Source: a virus (taxonomy: Duplodnaviria; Caudoviricetes). From it: a stretch of DNA of 64,000 bases. Both the position numbers and the translations under genes were made by a program. The notes under the pieces are model-generated. The model did not search any database. It worked only from the letters and a program-made list of their open reading frames with translations, and was not told the DNA's origin. The DNA is taken from positions 10,912 through 74,911 of IMG/VR virus record IMGVR_UViG_2890351070_000001. The stretch is one strand, 5' to 3'. Positions 28,411-36,667 of this stretch are shown here, in pieces (position 1 is the first letter of the stretch; the number at the start of each line of letters is the position of its first letter).

Positions 28411-29007
28411 TTAAGAAACTTTCTTCAACGCTTGAACGATAACCCTTTGCATCTTAGTTTTTTCGGTTTCATCCAAAAATACTTTTATGCCCTCTTTAAT
28501 AGCCTCTTCTTTTGTCTCTGTAGGCATGTGGATACCTTCTTTATCGAGGACATACTGTAGTGCTTCTGCAGCAATGACTTCTAAATCAGGCTCAGATTTC
28601 ATTCTTTTGGGTAGTGATTTTGCTCGTGCAACCAATTCTCCCAATTTCATCCCTACTTTAAGTGTGTCGTCTTCTGTCGCACAGTATGTGTCTAGCTCAT
28701 CTATTATGGGGCTGAGATCTGCTCCGGATAACAAAATACCTTCTTCGAACAGAGCTTGAAGGAAAGTAACTCTTGTACTCCTGTCGGTAGCCATAAAAAG
28801 GAGTTCTGTCTCCTTTGATGAGCCGGGTAGGAGATCAGTAGGAGTCACATCAAGTGCCGCGGAAATGCGTAGCATCCATGATTGGGTTAGTTGGCGTTCA
28901 CCTCTTTCTAGTTTGGCGACTTGGGATCTGCCAGAGCCAATTTTTTCTGCGAGGTCAGTCTGAGAAAGGCCTGCGGCTTCTCGTAGTTGTTTGATTTTAT
29001 TCTCCAT
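28411..29007 (-). CDS. CI-like prophage repressor (XRE HTH)
   Basis: IKQLREAAGLSQTDLAEKIGSGRSQVAKLERG; divergent from Cro-like gene; no S24 peptidase domain recognised. Confidence 0.85.
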   Translation of the reverse strand: MENKIKQLREAAGLSQTDLAEKIGSGRSQVAKLERGERQLTQSWMLRISAALDVTPTDLLPGSSKETELLFMATDRSTRVTFLQALFEEGILLSGADLSPIIDELDTYCATEDDTLKVGMKLGELVARAKSLPKRMKSEPDLEVIAAEALQYVLDKEGIHMPTETKEEAIKEGIKVFLDETEKTKMQRVIVQALKKVS

Positions 29008-29008
29008 A

Positions 29009-29096
29009 TTGCCAATGTGGCCCATTTCTTTCCATCAAAAAAGATCCAATGTGGGTACATTTTTCATTGACTAATTGTTCCCAATATGGGTACATG
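29009..29096 (+). promoter_or_regulatory. PR-like promoter with 2-3 operators
   Basis: TTGACT 29067-29072, TACATG 29091-29096; operators TGTTCCCAATATGGGTACA (29076-29094), TCCAATGTGGGTACA (29045-29059), weaker CCAATGTGGCCCA (29012-29024). Confidence 0.8.
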
Positions 29097-29102
29097 CTGT
29101 TT

Positions 29103-29312
29103 ATGACAAAATTCAAAACGTACCTAAAGACTCACAAAATGACTGCGAAAAGCTTTGCCAAACTGATGCCTGTAAAGACAACGGCATTTGCCGTGAGGAA
29201 ATGGGCTAGGGGAGAGCGTATTCCTCAAGGAAAAAGAATGGATGCAGTTGTTAGGGTCACCAACGGTGCAGTCCAACCCAATGACTTCTACGACACAGGA
29301 GAAAGCGTATGA
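29103..29312 (+). CDS. Cro-like HTH protein (possibly leaderless)
   Basis: AVRKWARGERIP...IV..TNGAVQPNDFY-type Cro signature (here VVRVTNGAVQPNDFY). Confidence 0.82.
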   Translation: MTKFKTYLKTHKMTAKSFAKLMPVKTTAFAVRKWARGERIPQGKRMDAVVRVTNGAVQPNDFYDTGESV

Positions 29313-29326
29313 GTAGGGCATGCTTT

Positions 29327-29941
29327 TCATTCCTCAGCTGCAGCTTTCTCGGCATCAACCCGCTCCTGCCGCAACCTGATCATTTCAGGAAGTGTGTAGA
29401 TATAGGTCATGACCATTTTAGTGAGAAACCCAAGCTCTTTGGCTTCATTCACTGTAAACGGGTCTTCATCATGAACGGCATCATTCCCTCCAAGCCTAAC
29501 ATGATGGGAAAAGTCCCCAAGCTCTTCTGTCAACAAACCTTGGTTGACGAGCTTCTTCAGGCGAGAAGCCAAAAGTCCTTCTATTTCTGGAAACCGAATC
29601 TTCAACCCCACATCAAGAGCCTTACGGTACATAGCGCCCGCAGCATCAGCATGTTGCTGAAGAATACTCTCGGCCTGAAGGTAATAGTGCTCAACATTCT
29701 CAGGCATATGATCTGGAAGATCAGGCTCGTGTGGAGTTGGATAGAAACCCCTCAAATGTACTCTATCAAGAGCTTGAGCGACGGCAACAGCAGGAAAAGT
29801 ACATTCTGGGTTTCCGCACATCAAGAACCACGCAGAGGTATTTCTGTGATTGATAGAATCAAAGAAATCAAATTTGCCCTTTATCTCAAATCCAGAATTC
29901 TTTGTTCCACAATGCGGGCAATCGTGAGGAAAAGTTGCCAT
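29327..29941 (-). CDS. DUF4145 (HEPN-related) protein with N-terminal Cys motifs
   Basis: CPHC...CGNPEC; AAGAMYRKALD...VRLGGNDAVH. Confidence 0.8.
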   Translation of the reverse strand: MATFPHDCPHCGTKNSGFEIKGKFDFFDSINHRNTSAWFLMCGNPECTFPAVAVAQALDRVHLRGFYPTPHEPDLPDHMPENVEHYYLQAESILQQHADAAGAMYRKALDVGLKIRFPEIEGLLASRLKKLVNQGLLTEELGDFSHHVRLGGNDAVHDEDPFTVNEAKELGFLTKMVMTYIYTLPEMIRLRQERVDAEKAAAEE

Positions 29942-30112
29942 GTCTAATTCATCCCAATCACTAATGTATTTCGCTAATTCTATCGACATGACGTTGCGAA
30001 GCCAACAAGGATCTGGGGAGAAAATAGCAGAACTACTCAACTTACATGAGAAAGCCCCTGAAAGTGATCGGTTTGCATGTACCTGTGCATTGGTTACTGC
30101 GCTCATTAGTTC

Positions 30113-30322
30113 TTACGACACCCCAAAGAACCCCGGAAGCTCAGCCGCATGACGCATAAGCCCGTTCTCGATGCAGGACAGTTGGCTGATAGCAAGCTCG
30201 GCCTGACGTGCTGTGGCGAAATCAGCAATGTCTCTGGACTGTGCTTGAAGGTCTTGGAGCCTGAACATAGCCGCACTGATTGTATCGAGCGTGGGCCTGA
30301 TGCAGTTGGCGTCGTTTCTCAT
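30113..30322 (-). CDS. hypothetical protein
   Basis: ORF with AGGGA RBS. Confidence 0.45.
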   Translation of the reverse strand: MRNDANCIRPTLDTISAAMFRLQDLQAQSRDIADFATARQAELAISQLSCIENGLMRHAAELPGFFGVS

Positions 30323-30408
30323 TTTTATTCCCTGATGGTTGCTGCGTTGGTGCTAACCATGACGGGTGAAAATTCAAAAATCTATTGTAACTCAAGGGCG
30401 TTATTTCA

Positions 30409-30888
30409 ATGACGATGCAGAAAACCAGACTGCCAGATACGTTTGAAGATGCTGTTGTAAAGGTCATGGCAGAGCTTACCGCTGATGGATGCGGGCAGGT
30501 CATTGGCAAATCTGCAAGCCTCATACGCCAAGCCGCAGATCCAGACGCAGAGCATCAGTTAAATCTAAAGCAGGGCTTGCAACTGGATGTTGCTTACGTG
30601 ATGGCAACAGGCAAAGAACCGACAATTCTAACTGCGTATCGACGTCAATTATCAAGTGTTGCAGCCCCAAAGCATGAGCCTTGTGAGCGCACGGACCGTA
30701 TAGCGACTTTCGCGAAGGAAGCAGGTGAGGGGTTGTCTGCTTACTCCCTTCTGAAAGGCGAATATGTATCGCACAACGATGGCGCTGTTGCCTTGAAGGA
30801 ACTGTCTGAACTTGAAGACGTAATCAAGCTCATGAAGAGAGACATTGAGACGGCTATGGGGATCGATCCTCTTAAGGTTGTTGACTGA
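30409..30888 (+). CDS. CII-like phage regulatory protein
   Basis: Position after cro; HTH-like GQVIGKSASLIRQAADPD; KEAGE...LKELSEL. Confidence 0.55.
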   Translation: MTMQKTRLPDTFEDAVVKVMAELTADGCGQVIGKSASLIRQAADPDAEHQLNLKQGLQLDVAYVMATGKEPTILTAYRRQLSSVAAPKHEPCERTDRIATFAKEAGEGLSAYSLLKGEYVSHNDGAVALKELSELEDVIKLMKRDIETAMGIDPLKVVD

Positions 30889-31041
30889 TTTCTGATTTTC
30901 GACGCCGCCTGTGTTCGTGGCGGTCTCCCTCAGCATTGGAGTGCTGTGAATAACGAACAGGGGGCTTTTATCTGGTCCCAGCATACCAAAGCCTGATGAC
31001 TTAATTGGGCCAAAGATAGCTTAACTGCCTCAGAGGTGAGC

Positions 31042-31188
31042 AGAGAAGTGCCAGAGTCCGGTTAAATGGGCTGCCAGTGGGATTTTAAACGACGGTGTTA
31101 AGGCTTTTCTAGTGAGCCGTAATGCCCGGCCCCAGTATTGCAGTTGGGAGGAAATGCCCTTTCGTTGGTTCGAACCCAACCTTCTCTG
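31042..31188 (+). ncRNA. tRNA-like structured RNA with about 90-nt insert
   Basis: AGAGAAG/CTTCTCT acceptor stem, D-arm-like TGCCAGAGTCCGGTTAAATGG, T-arm GTTGG-TTCGAAC-CCAAC. Confidence 0.6.
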
Positions 31189-31299
31189 TTCTCCTGTGAA
31201 GCAGTTCACAACATACAGCGCCAGTGACCGCTATATGCCTGGAGCCTCCCTGTTAACTATGCCGGGGAAGGGTGTTCGCCCCGGCAGCTTTTTTGAGGA

Positions 31300-31557
31300 A
31301 TGAGAATGATGAAATACATCGCAAAAGATAAGAACGGAACAGTTCTAAGCAAAGGCGACAAGATCAAACACGTCTTCCCAGCTTATGTAAATGACGCCAC
31401 CGGAACCGTTGTTAACCCCGTTCCGAACGCCCCTTCTGATGGGTTTGATGGCGAGCGATATGTTGCTGACGTCGTTGGGCCCAATGCAGTGCGGGTCGTC
31501 TCAGCAAGCAGACGCATTCCTGTTTACGGATCAGTTTACGTTGAAAAGGTGGCGTGA
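31300..31557 (+). CDS. phage hypothetical protein
   Basis: GAGG RBS, coupled to next gene. Confidence 0.6.
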   Translation: MRMMKYIAKDKNGTVLSKGDKIKHVFPAYVNDATGTVVNPVPNAPSDGFDGERYVADVVGPNAVRVVSASRRIPVYGSVYVEKVA

Positions 31558-31889
31558 TGCTTACAGAAGAAACCAGCCCAACCCAACACCTCGAAGGACA
31601 GGAAGAGGCGTTTAAGACAACAGAAATGCGACCAGAGACGAGCTTGAACGCAATCAACGGCGTCACGGCTGATCGTCTCCGCGGGTTTATCGAGAGAATT
31701 GAGCGTCTGGAAGAAGAGAAAAAGGGCATCACTGACGACATCAAGGAAATCTATGCGGAAAGTAAGGCCCTCGGTTTCAACACCAAGATAATGCGCAAAA
31801 TCGTGTCGCTTCGGAAGCTCGAACAGCAGGACCGGATGGAGCTAGAAGAGCTTATTGATGTTTATAAGCATGCTTTGGGAATGGTGTGA
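31554..31889 (+). CDS. gapR: GapR/DUF2312 family DNA-binding protein
   Basis: ADRLRGFIERIERLEEEKKGITDDIKEIYAE.K..GF..KIMR. Confidence 0.88.
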   Translation: MMLTEETSPTQHLEGQEEAFKTTEMRPETSLNAINGVTADRLRGFIERIERLEEEKKGITDDIKEIYAESKALGFNTKIMRKIVSLRKLEQQDRMELEELIDVYKHALGMV

Positions 31890-32765
31890 TGCTCAAAGTT
31901 CTCGATCTCTTCTCAGGCATAGGTGGCTTCTCTCTTGGTCTTGAACGAACAGGCGGTTTTAAAACCGTGGCCTTTTGCGAGATTGAGGAATATCCCCGCA
32001 AGGTTTTGGCGAAACACTGGCCTAATGTGCCGATCTATAAGGACGTTCGAAATGTCAACGCAAAGCAGCTTCTTGCCGATGGAGTTACCGCTGATGTCGT
32101 TACAGGAGGCTTCCCTTGTCAAGACCTCAGCACAGCAGGAAAGCAAGCTGGCATTGAAGCCGAACGATCCGGTCTATGGTCCGAACTCTGCCGAGTTATT
32201 GGCGATGTTAGACCCAAATACGCAATCGTGGAGAACGTCGCAAACCTGCTTAGTGGCCCTAGCGAACAACGAGGCGGATGGTTTGGGCGTGTTCTCGGAG
32301 ACTTGGCCTCGATCGGGTATGATGCGGAATGGCATTGCATACCGGCTGCCGCCGTTGGTGCCCCTCACAGGAGAGATCGGGCTTGGATTATTGCCTACCC
32401 CAAGAGCAAACGATGCTCACAAGCGGGGGAACTTCAACATAGAAGAACCCAGGAACGGATTTCCGGCAGCGGTAAAGCGAGTGTTCTTACCGACAATCTC
32501 AAAGAACGAATTCAAGGGAGCAAGTCGCGATCGTTATCGGGGGGGGGGAGCATTTTCGTGGTGCCAAAATGTCAGAAGGGCTGAGGAACTGCGAGGAAGA
32601 TCCGATATACCTGAACCCCTGTTTTGCGGAAGTCGTGATGGGATTCCCAATTGGGTGGAGCGACTTGAAGGATGCGGTAACGCCGTAGTTCCTCAAATCC
32701 CCGAACTTATCGGTTACGCAATCCTTGACGTTGATGCAGCCCGTACAGCAGAGGCAGCGGAATAA
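31886..32765 (+). pseudogene. C5-cytosine DNA methyltransferase, alpha chain, frameshifted at G10 tract 32539-32548
   Basis: Motifs I (DLFSGIGG), IV (GFPCQD), VI (ENV), VIII (PHRRDR) in one frame; motif X (GNAVVPQ) in another frame after the G run. Confidence 0.85.
32052..32688 (+). pseudogene. overlapping-frame methyltransferase beta chain (M.EcoHK31I-beta-like), broken at the same G10 tract
   Basis: SWRTSQ...TWPRSGMMRNG...LLPTP before tract; LNPCFAEVVMGFPIGW (motif IX-like) in third frame after tract, TAG 32686-32688. Confidence 0.72.
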
Positions 32766-33217
32766 TGCTCTCCTCAATCCTCAAGCTCCTGACCCACAAT
32801 AGCAAGCTCTCAAGCCGAGCATATAACCGCCTCGGCCCAGAAGACAAGCTCGCCGTTAAAGTCGCCGCAGCATTACGCGAATGGTCACTGTCGGGTCGGC
32901 TTGAGGGTGTCTGGACGCATCCTCCGCATGAAGTAGCCGGCGGCACAAAAGGCGCAGCAGTCAAGTACGCAATCGCTTGTGCTATGGGCATGATTACAGG
33001 CGCTCCTGATTACCTGTTTATCTCAAGTCACGGCGGGGCCTTGATCGAGCTTAAAAGCAAGACAGGGCGATTAAACGACAATCAGAAGAATTTCAAAGCA
33101 TGGGCCGAGAAACACAACGTTCCATATGCGCTTTGCCGATCACTGGATGAGGTCGAGGCGTTTCTTTGTGATGTTGGGTTATTGGCTCCATTGGCAGGAT
33201 ATGGGAGGGCGGCGTGA
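32765..33217 (+). CDS. VRR-NUC / PD-(D/E)XK nuclease
   Basis: GAPDYLF...IELKSKTGRLNDNQKNF. Confidence 0.82.
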   Translation: MLSSILKLLTHNSKLSSRAYNRLGPEDKLAVKVAAALREWSLSGRLEGVWTHPPHEVAGGTKGAAVKYAIACAMGMITGAPDYLFISSHGGALIELKSKTGRLNDNQKNFKAWAEKHNVPYALCRSLDEVEAFLCDVGLLAPLAGYGRAA

Positions 33218-33396
33218 AACGTAACGACTGGAAGAAACACCATGCGAGGCTTCAAGAAGTGACAGAGTCCGGAGATACCAGAGGCATTCACGATGCTTGG
33301 AAAAAACTCCGTCAGTCCACAACACAGAAGCTGATAGACGAAATGCCGCTGACCTCAAAGATACGCTTGAGTGTTAGCCGAATGACGAGGGGGTGA
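33214..33396 (+). CDS. phage hypothetical protein
   Basis: GTGA-coupled at both ends. Confidence 0.6.
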   Translation: MKRNDWKKHHARLQEVTESGDTRGIHDAWKKLRQSTTQKLIDEMPLTSKIRLSVSRMTRG

Positions 33397-33803
33397 GTAT
33401 GAGTGATCAAGCTTTGCAAACAGAGTCAAACCTAGTCGAAACACTTTATGATCGAGGCGTTCTCGGGCTTAAAGATAGCAGGGATCGTCGCGCAGAACGG
33501 CGTAGGGATGATGCTCTTTGGTTGATGGAGCTGTACGAATTTCTCTACCACCCTAAAGACGCTGCCCGTTACGAACCTTTCTCCAATCATGCCAAAGGCT
33601 ACGGCGCAGAAATGAGTGACGAAGAGGCTGAACTGCGTTCGCTTTATCATCGCTACCTGCGCGGCTTGCCTGCCTCTATCACTCAGTCGCTTCGCTTTCT
33701 TTGTAAGGATCAGCAAATGCCCCGAAAGCAGATAGCGCCACTTGCTGAATGCTTGGATCAGTTGAGTGATTTTAGAAAATCAGAAGAGAAGAGGGGCGGG
33801 TGA
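33393..33803 (+). CDS. DUF6456-like putative late regulator, paralog 1
   Basis: LYDRGVLG...LWLMELY...EMSDEE...LRF.CKDQ...CLD.L shared with 36209-36667. Confidence 0.5.
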   Translation: MSMSDQALQTESNLVETLYDRGVLGLKDSRDRRAERRRDDALWLMELYEFLYHPKDAARYEPFSNHAKGYGAEMSDEEAELRSLYHRYLRGLPASITQSLRFLCKDQQMPRKQIAPLAECLDQLSDFRKSEEKRGG

Positions 33804-34030
33804 TGGAAGCTAAAGCAAAGACAAAGATCAAAAGCAGTGGGTATGCCGGACTGGATATTATCAGAGGGCGTCATGGGCTTAAAAGACGACTACTCAAGGG
33901 CGAGAAGGTTTTCTTTGATGTGAGGGTTCAAGTCGATCCTGATCCTCGCGCATGGAGTGATGATGGCACCTCAATAGAGTTTGGTTGCATCGTCCTCGAT
34001 GTTGATGAGGTGGAGCAGCCGAATGACTGA
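33800..34030 (+). CDS. phage hypothetical protein
   Basis: Coupled; DDGTSIEF motif. Confidence 0.6.
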   Translation: MMEAKAKTKIKSSGYAGLDIIRGRHGLKRRLLKGEKVFFDVRVQVDPDPRAWSDDGTSIEFGCIVLDVDEVEQPND

Positions 34031-34058
34031 GAAAATCAATATGCTAGAGGTTGAGGAT

Positions 34059-34388
34059 TTACTTACAGGGCCAAGACTTAGTGAACCAAACCACCATCAA
34101 CTCGAGGGATGGTTTGCTACGTTCTTTAGGGTTTTCACTCAAATTTTTCATAACGAGTTTTTTTACTTGTTCGTTACTAATGTCGCTTGGAGGGCAAATA
34201 TATTCATTGAATTCAAGGGTGTCGTAGACCGCTCGTATGGGAATATCGCAATCTTCTTTCCCTGCATTACATGCGTGAAAAAGGTCATTTCCGCTATCGT
34301 TTTTATCTGCATAAGCAGAACCACTGAGACAAATGATGATGATAGCAAACAATATTACTGGAACTCTGAAGGGATCTTTAGTGCTCAT
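34059..34388 (-). CDS. Rap1a/Tai-family immunity-like exported protein
   Basis: Signal peptide; GNDLFHAC...C...ICPP...Q...LV...L..NP...WPC pattern. Confidence 0.7.
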   Translation of the reverse strand: MSTKDPFRVPVILFAIIIICLSGSAYADKNDSGNDLFHACNAGKEDCDIPIRAVYDTLEFNEYICPPSDISNEQVKKLVMKNLSENPKERSKPSLELMVVWFTKSWPCK

Positions 34389-34426
34389 GGTGTTGTCCTG
34401 TCAGGGGAGGTTGCGTGATGCGAAAG

Positions 34427-34942
34427 TTATTTACGGATTACAGTAAACAAAAAGACTTTCTTACTTTCAGCCGTAGCCCAGTATTTAAACTCTCTGAATT
34501 CCTTTTCTGCTCTTTTAATTTGCCCAGATGTAACTGGTTTAACCGTGTGTCTAACGATATTTTTCAATTCGTCGGAGGTCAAAGAAGGGTCGATAAGAGA
34601 TATTACATTTATGGCGAGCAGGAGAAACTTGTTTCTATCCCCGCTAACTACCGTAGCGGAACCAGTGAGATCAGAGTATTTTTGCCCTCTGGTAAACCTT
34701 ACACTATCGTTGTTCAAGTGATAGCTGCAATAGGATTCAGATCCCGCTTCGCACTTTTTGTCTGTAATTTTATAATCCAAAGAGAGTCTTTGGGTCAGCT
34801 CTGTGAAAGTGCTCTCAAACTTATTGAAATCAACTTCTTCTTTTCCTTGGTTATCCGCATAAGCAGAGCTTATGAAAGTACACAAAGTAATAGCGAAGAG
34901 TGCTTTAAAAATAAACTTCATATCAATTCCCCCATTACTCAA
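34427..34942 (-). CDS. exported hypothetical protein (moron)
   Basis: MKFIFKALFAITLCTFISSAYA signal peptide (true start probably this Met). Confidence 0.6.
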   Translation of the reverse strand: MSNGGIDMKFIFKALFAITLCTFISSAYADNQGKEEVDFNKFESTFTELTQRLSLDYKITDKKCEAGSESYCSYHLNNDSVRFTRGQKYSDLTGSATVVSGDRNKFLLLAINVISLIDPSLTSDELKNIVRHTVKPVTSGQIKRAEKEFREFKYWATAESKKVFLFTVIRK

Positions 34943-35014
34943 ACTCTCCCAAAAGGACTCTCACAGTGTCTAGAGGTATTTGATTTTGATAGCAGAAAAG
35001 CGGGGGTTTGGTAG

Positions 35015-35887
35015 ATGGCTGAAGGCTGGATGCAGCTTCATCGACAGTTAGTCGAGTGGGAATGGTATACGGATGCGAATACGTTTCGTGTGTTCATGCA
35101 TATCCTGCTTAACGCAAATCATAGTGAAAATAGCTGGCGTGGAGTGGTCATTAAACCGGGTCAATTTGTTACCGGAAGAAAGGCATTAGCCAAAGATTTA
35201 GGGCTTTCTGAACAACAGATACGCACCACCCTAAACAACCTGCAATCAACCAGCGAAATAACCATCAAAACAACTAACAAATATTCAATAATATCAATAG
35301 TTAAATGGTCAGAGTATCAGGGTAAGCAACCAGCAGAAAAACCTGCAATCAACCAGCCAGATAACCAACAATCAACCACAAACAATAATGATAATAATTT
35401 TAATAATATAATACCCCCTATTAATCCCCCACAAAAAACACCTGAAAAAACAAAGCCGAAATCTAAGCCCAAGACTTACCGACTACCGGAAGACTGGAAG
35501 CTTTGTGATGAAGGCATCAAGTTCGCCCGAGAAAAAGGAATGACCGATGATGAGATCAGAACCACAGCGGAAGAATTCAAACTCTACTGGCTTGACCAGA
35601 GCACCAAGCGTCCGGGGTGGCACAGAACTTGGTGCCGTTGGATCATCAAAAAATGCGAAAGTCGTGGCGCGTCTTTTGGCAGCAAGTCCACAGGACAACG
35701 ACAAGGCGGTAATGACGTCCTTGGAGCGTACACTCGGGTGCTCGATAGGGCTGAAGCGAAAGACGCTCTTTCCGAAGAACGGCGGAATAGTGGAGGTGAT
35801 CGAGAAAGTGACAATCCATGGGAAACCTACGACGGATCAGCTAACGGAGGCATTGGACATTCTGAAATCATCGACAACGCCACTTAG
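35015..35887 (+). CDS. phage replication initiator
   Basis: GWMQLHRQLVEWEWY...GQFVTGRKALA wHTH; C-terminal RLPEDW...F..YW...W..TW..W. Confidence 0.8.
   Translation: MAEGWMQLHRQLVEWEWYTDANTFRVFMHILLNANHSENSWRGVVIKPGQFVTGRKALAKDLGLSEQQIRTTLNNLQSTSEITIKTTNKYSIISIVKWSEYQGKQPAEKPAINQPDNQQSTTNNNDNNFNNIIPPINPPQKTPEKTKPKSKPKTYRLPEDWKLCDEGIKFAREKGMTDDEIRTTAEEFKLYWLDQSTKRPGWHRTWCRWIIKKCESRGASFGSKSTGQRQGGNDVLGAYTRVLDRAEAKDALSEERRNSGGDRESDNPWETYDGSANGGIGHSEIIDNAT
35237..35413. repeat. candidate replication origin: iterons plus AT-rich tract inside initiator gene
   Basis: AACCTGCAATCAACCAGC at 35237-35254 and 35340-35357, further AACCA units, then AAT-rich run. Confidence 0.65.
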
Positions 35888-36212
35888 CCAAGTTGAAATC
35901 ACCAAAGGCTTGATGAAACTCAGAGCGCTGACAGCAACCAGAAATGAACAAGCTGGAATGGTAGAAATCCAACTAGATACCTACGCCGAAGAACTTGGAG
36001 CTTGTGCTGCTGATTGCACAGCTTATGCGCTTAAACAAGCGGGGAAAGAAAAGTGGTGGCCTACGTGGTCCGAACTATTGGCTCATCTGAATGAAGTTGA
36101 TCAGGTTCGCAAGATCCTAACACGGGAAATGGAAAAACAATTGAGTATTGTGAACACGGATCGAGAGCCAGGTATGCACAGTTTCGGTGAATTGATGAAA
36201 GCGGAGGGGTGA
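35547..36212 (+). CDS. replication partner (helicase loader/P-like), start uncertain
   Basis: Overlaps initiator 3' end; Y...L......A...W..KWWPTWSEL-type pattern. Confidence 0.5.
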   Translation: MMRSEPQRKNSNSTGLTRAPSVRGGTELGAVGSSKNAKVVARLLAASPQDNDKAVMTSLERTLGCSIGLKRKTLFPKNGGIVEVIEKVTIHGKPTTDQLTEALDILKSSTTPLSQVEITKGLMKLRALTATRNEQAGMVEIQLDTYAEELGACAADCTAYALKQAGKEKWWPTWSELLAHLNEVDQVRKILTREMEKQLSIVNTDREPGMHSFGELMKAEG

Positions 36213-36667
36213 GGGTGAATAAACTCGAAATTGTTACCAACGAACGCAGGCAACACGACAAACTTCGTGCAGGTCATGACACGATCCATGTGGAAAACTC
36301 AACCCTGATCGAAAAGCTTTATGATCGCGGGGTTCTGGGGGCTAAGGGTGCGCCGGGGAAAAAAGCAGAGCAGCGTAGAGATCATGGTTTATGGCTGATG
36401 GAGCTTTACGCTGATGTGTACCGTTCTGAGGGTGTGGCTAAGTATCAACCTCCCGGTACAGGTGGTGGTAGTTACGAGATGAGCGATGAGGAAGACAGAA
36501 TACACACGCTTTATCGCAGGTATTTAAGAACACTCCCGCCAGTGGTGACGCAGACGCTGAGGTTCGTGTGTAAGGATCAGTCGTTGCCCAGACTGATGAG
36601 TGTCCCAATTACTGATTGTCTGGATAAGTTAGGGGAGTTTCGGAAGGCGGAGAGGGAGAAAAGGTGA
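36209..36667 (+). CDS. DUF6456-like putative late regulator/antiterminator, paralog 2
   Basis: Last early gene before late region (Q position); paralog of 33393-33803. Confidence 0.55.
   Translation: MRVNKLEIVTNERRQHDKLRAGHDTIHVENSTLIEKLYDRGVLGAKGAPGKKAEQRRDHGLWLMELYADVYRSEGVAKYQPPGTGGGSYEMSDEEDRIHTLYRRYLRTLPPVVTQTLRFVCKDQSLPRLMSVPITDCLDKLGEFRKAEREKR

Noticed and set aside
31042-31188. tmRNA or a functional canonical tRNA
   Set aside because: No alanine acceptor identity or tag ORF; middle region far too long for a standard cloverleaf; kept only as a tRNA-like finding
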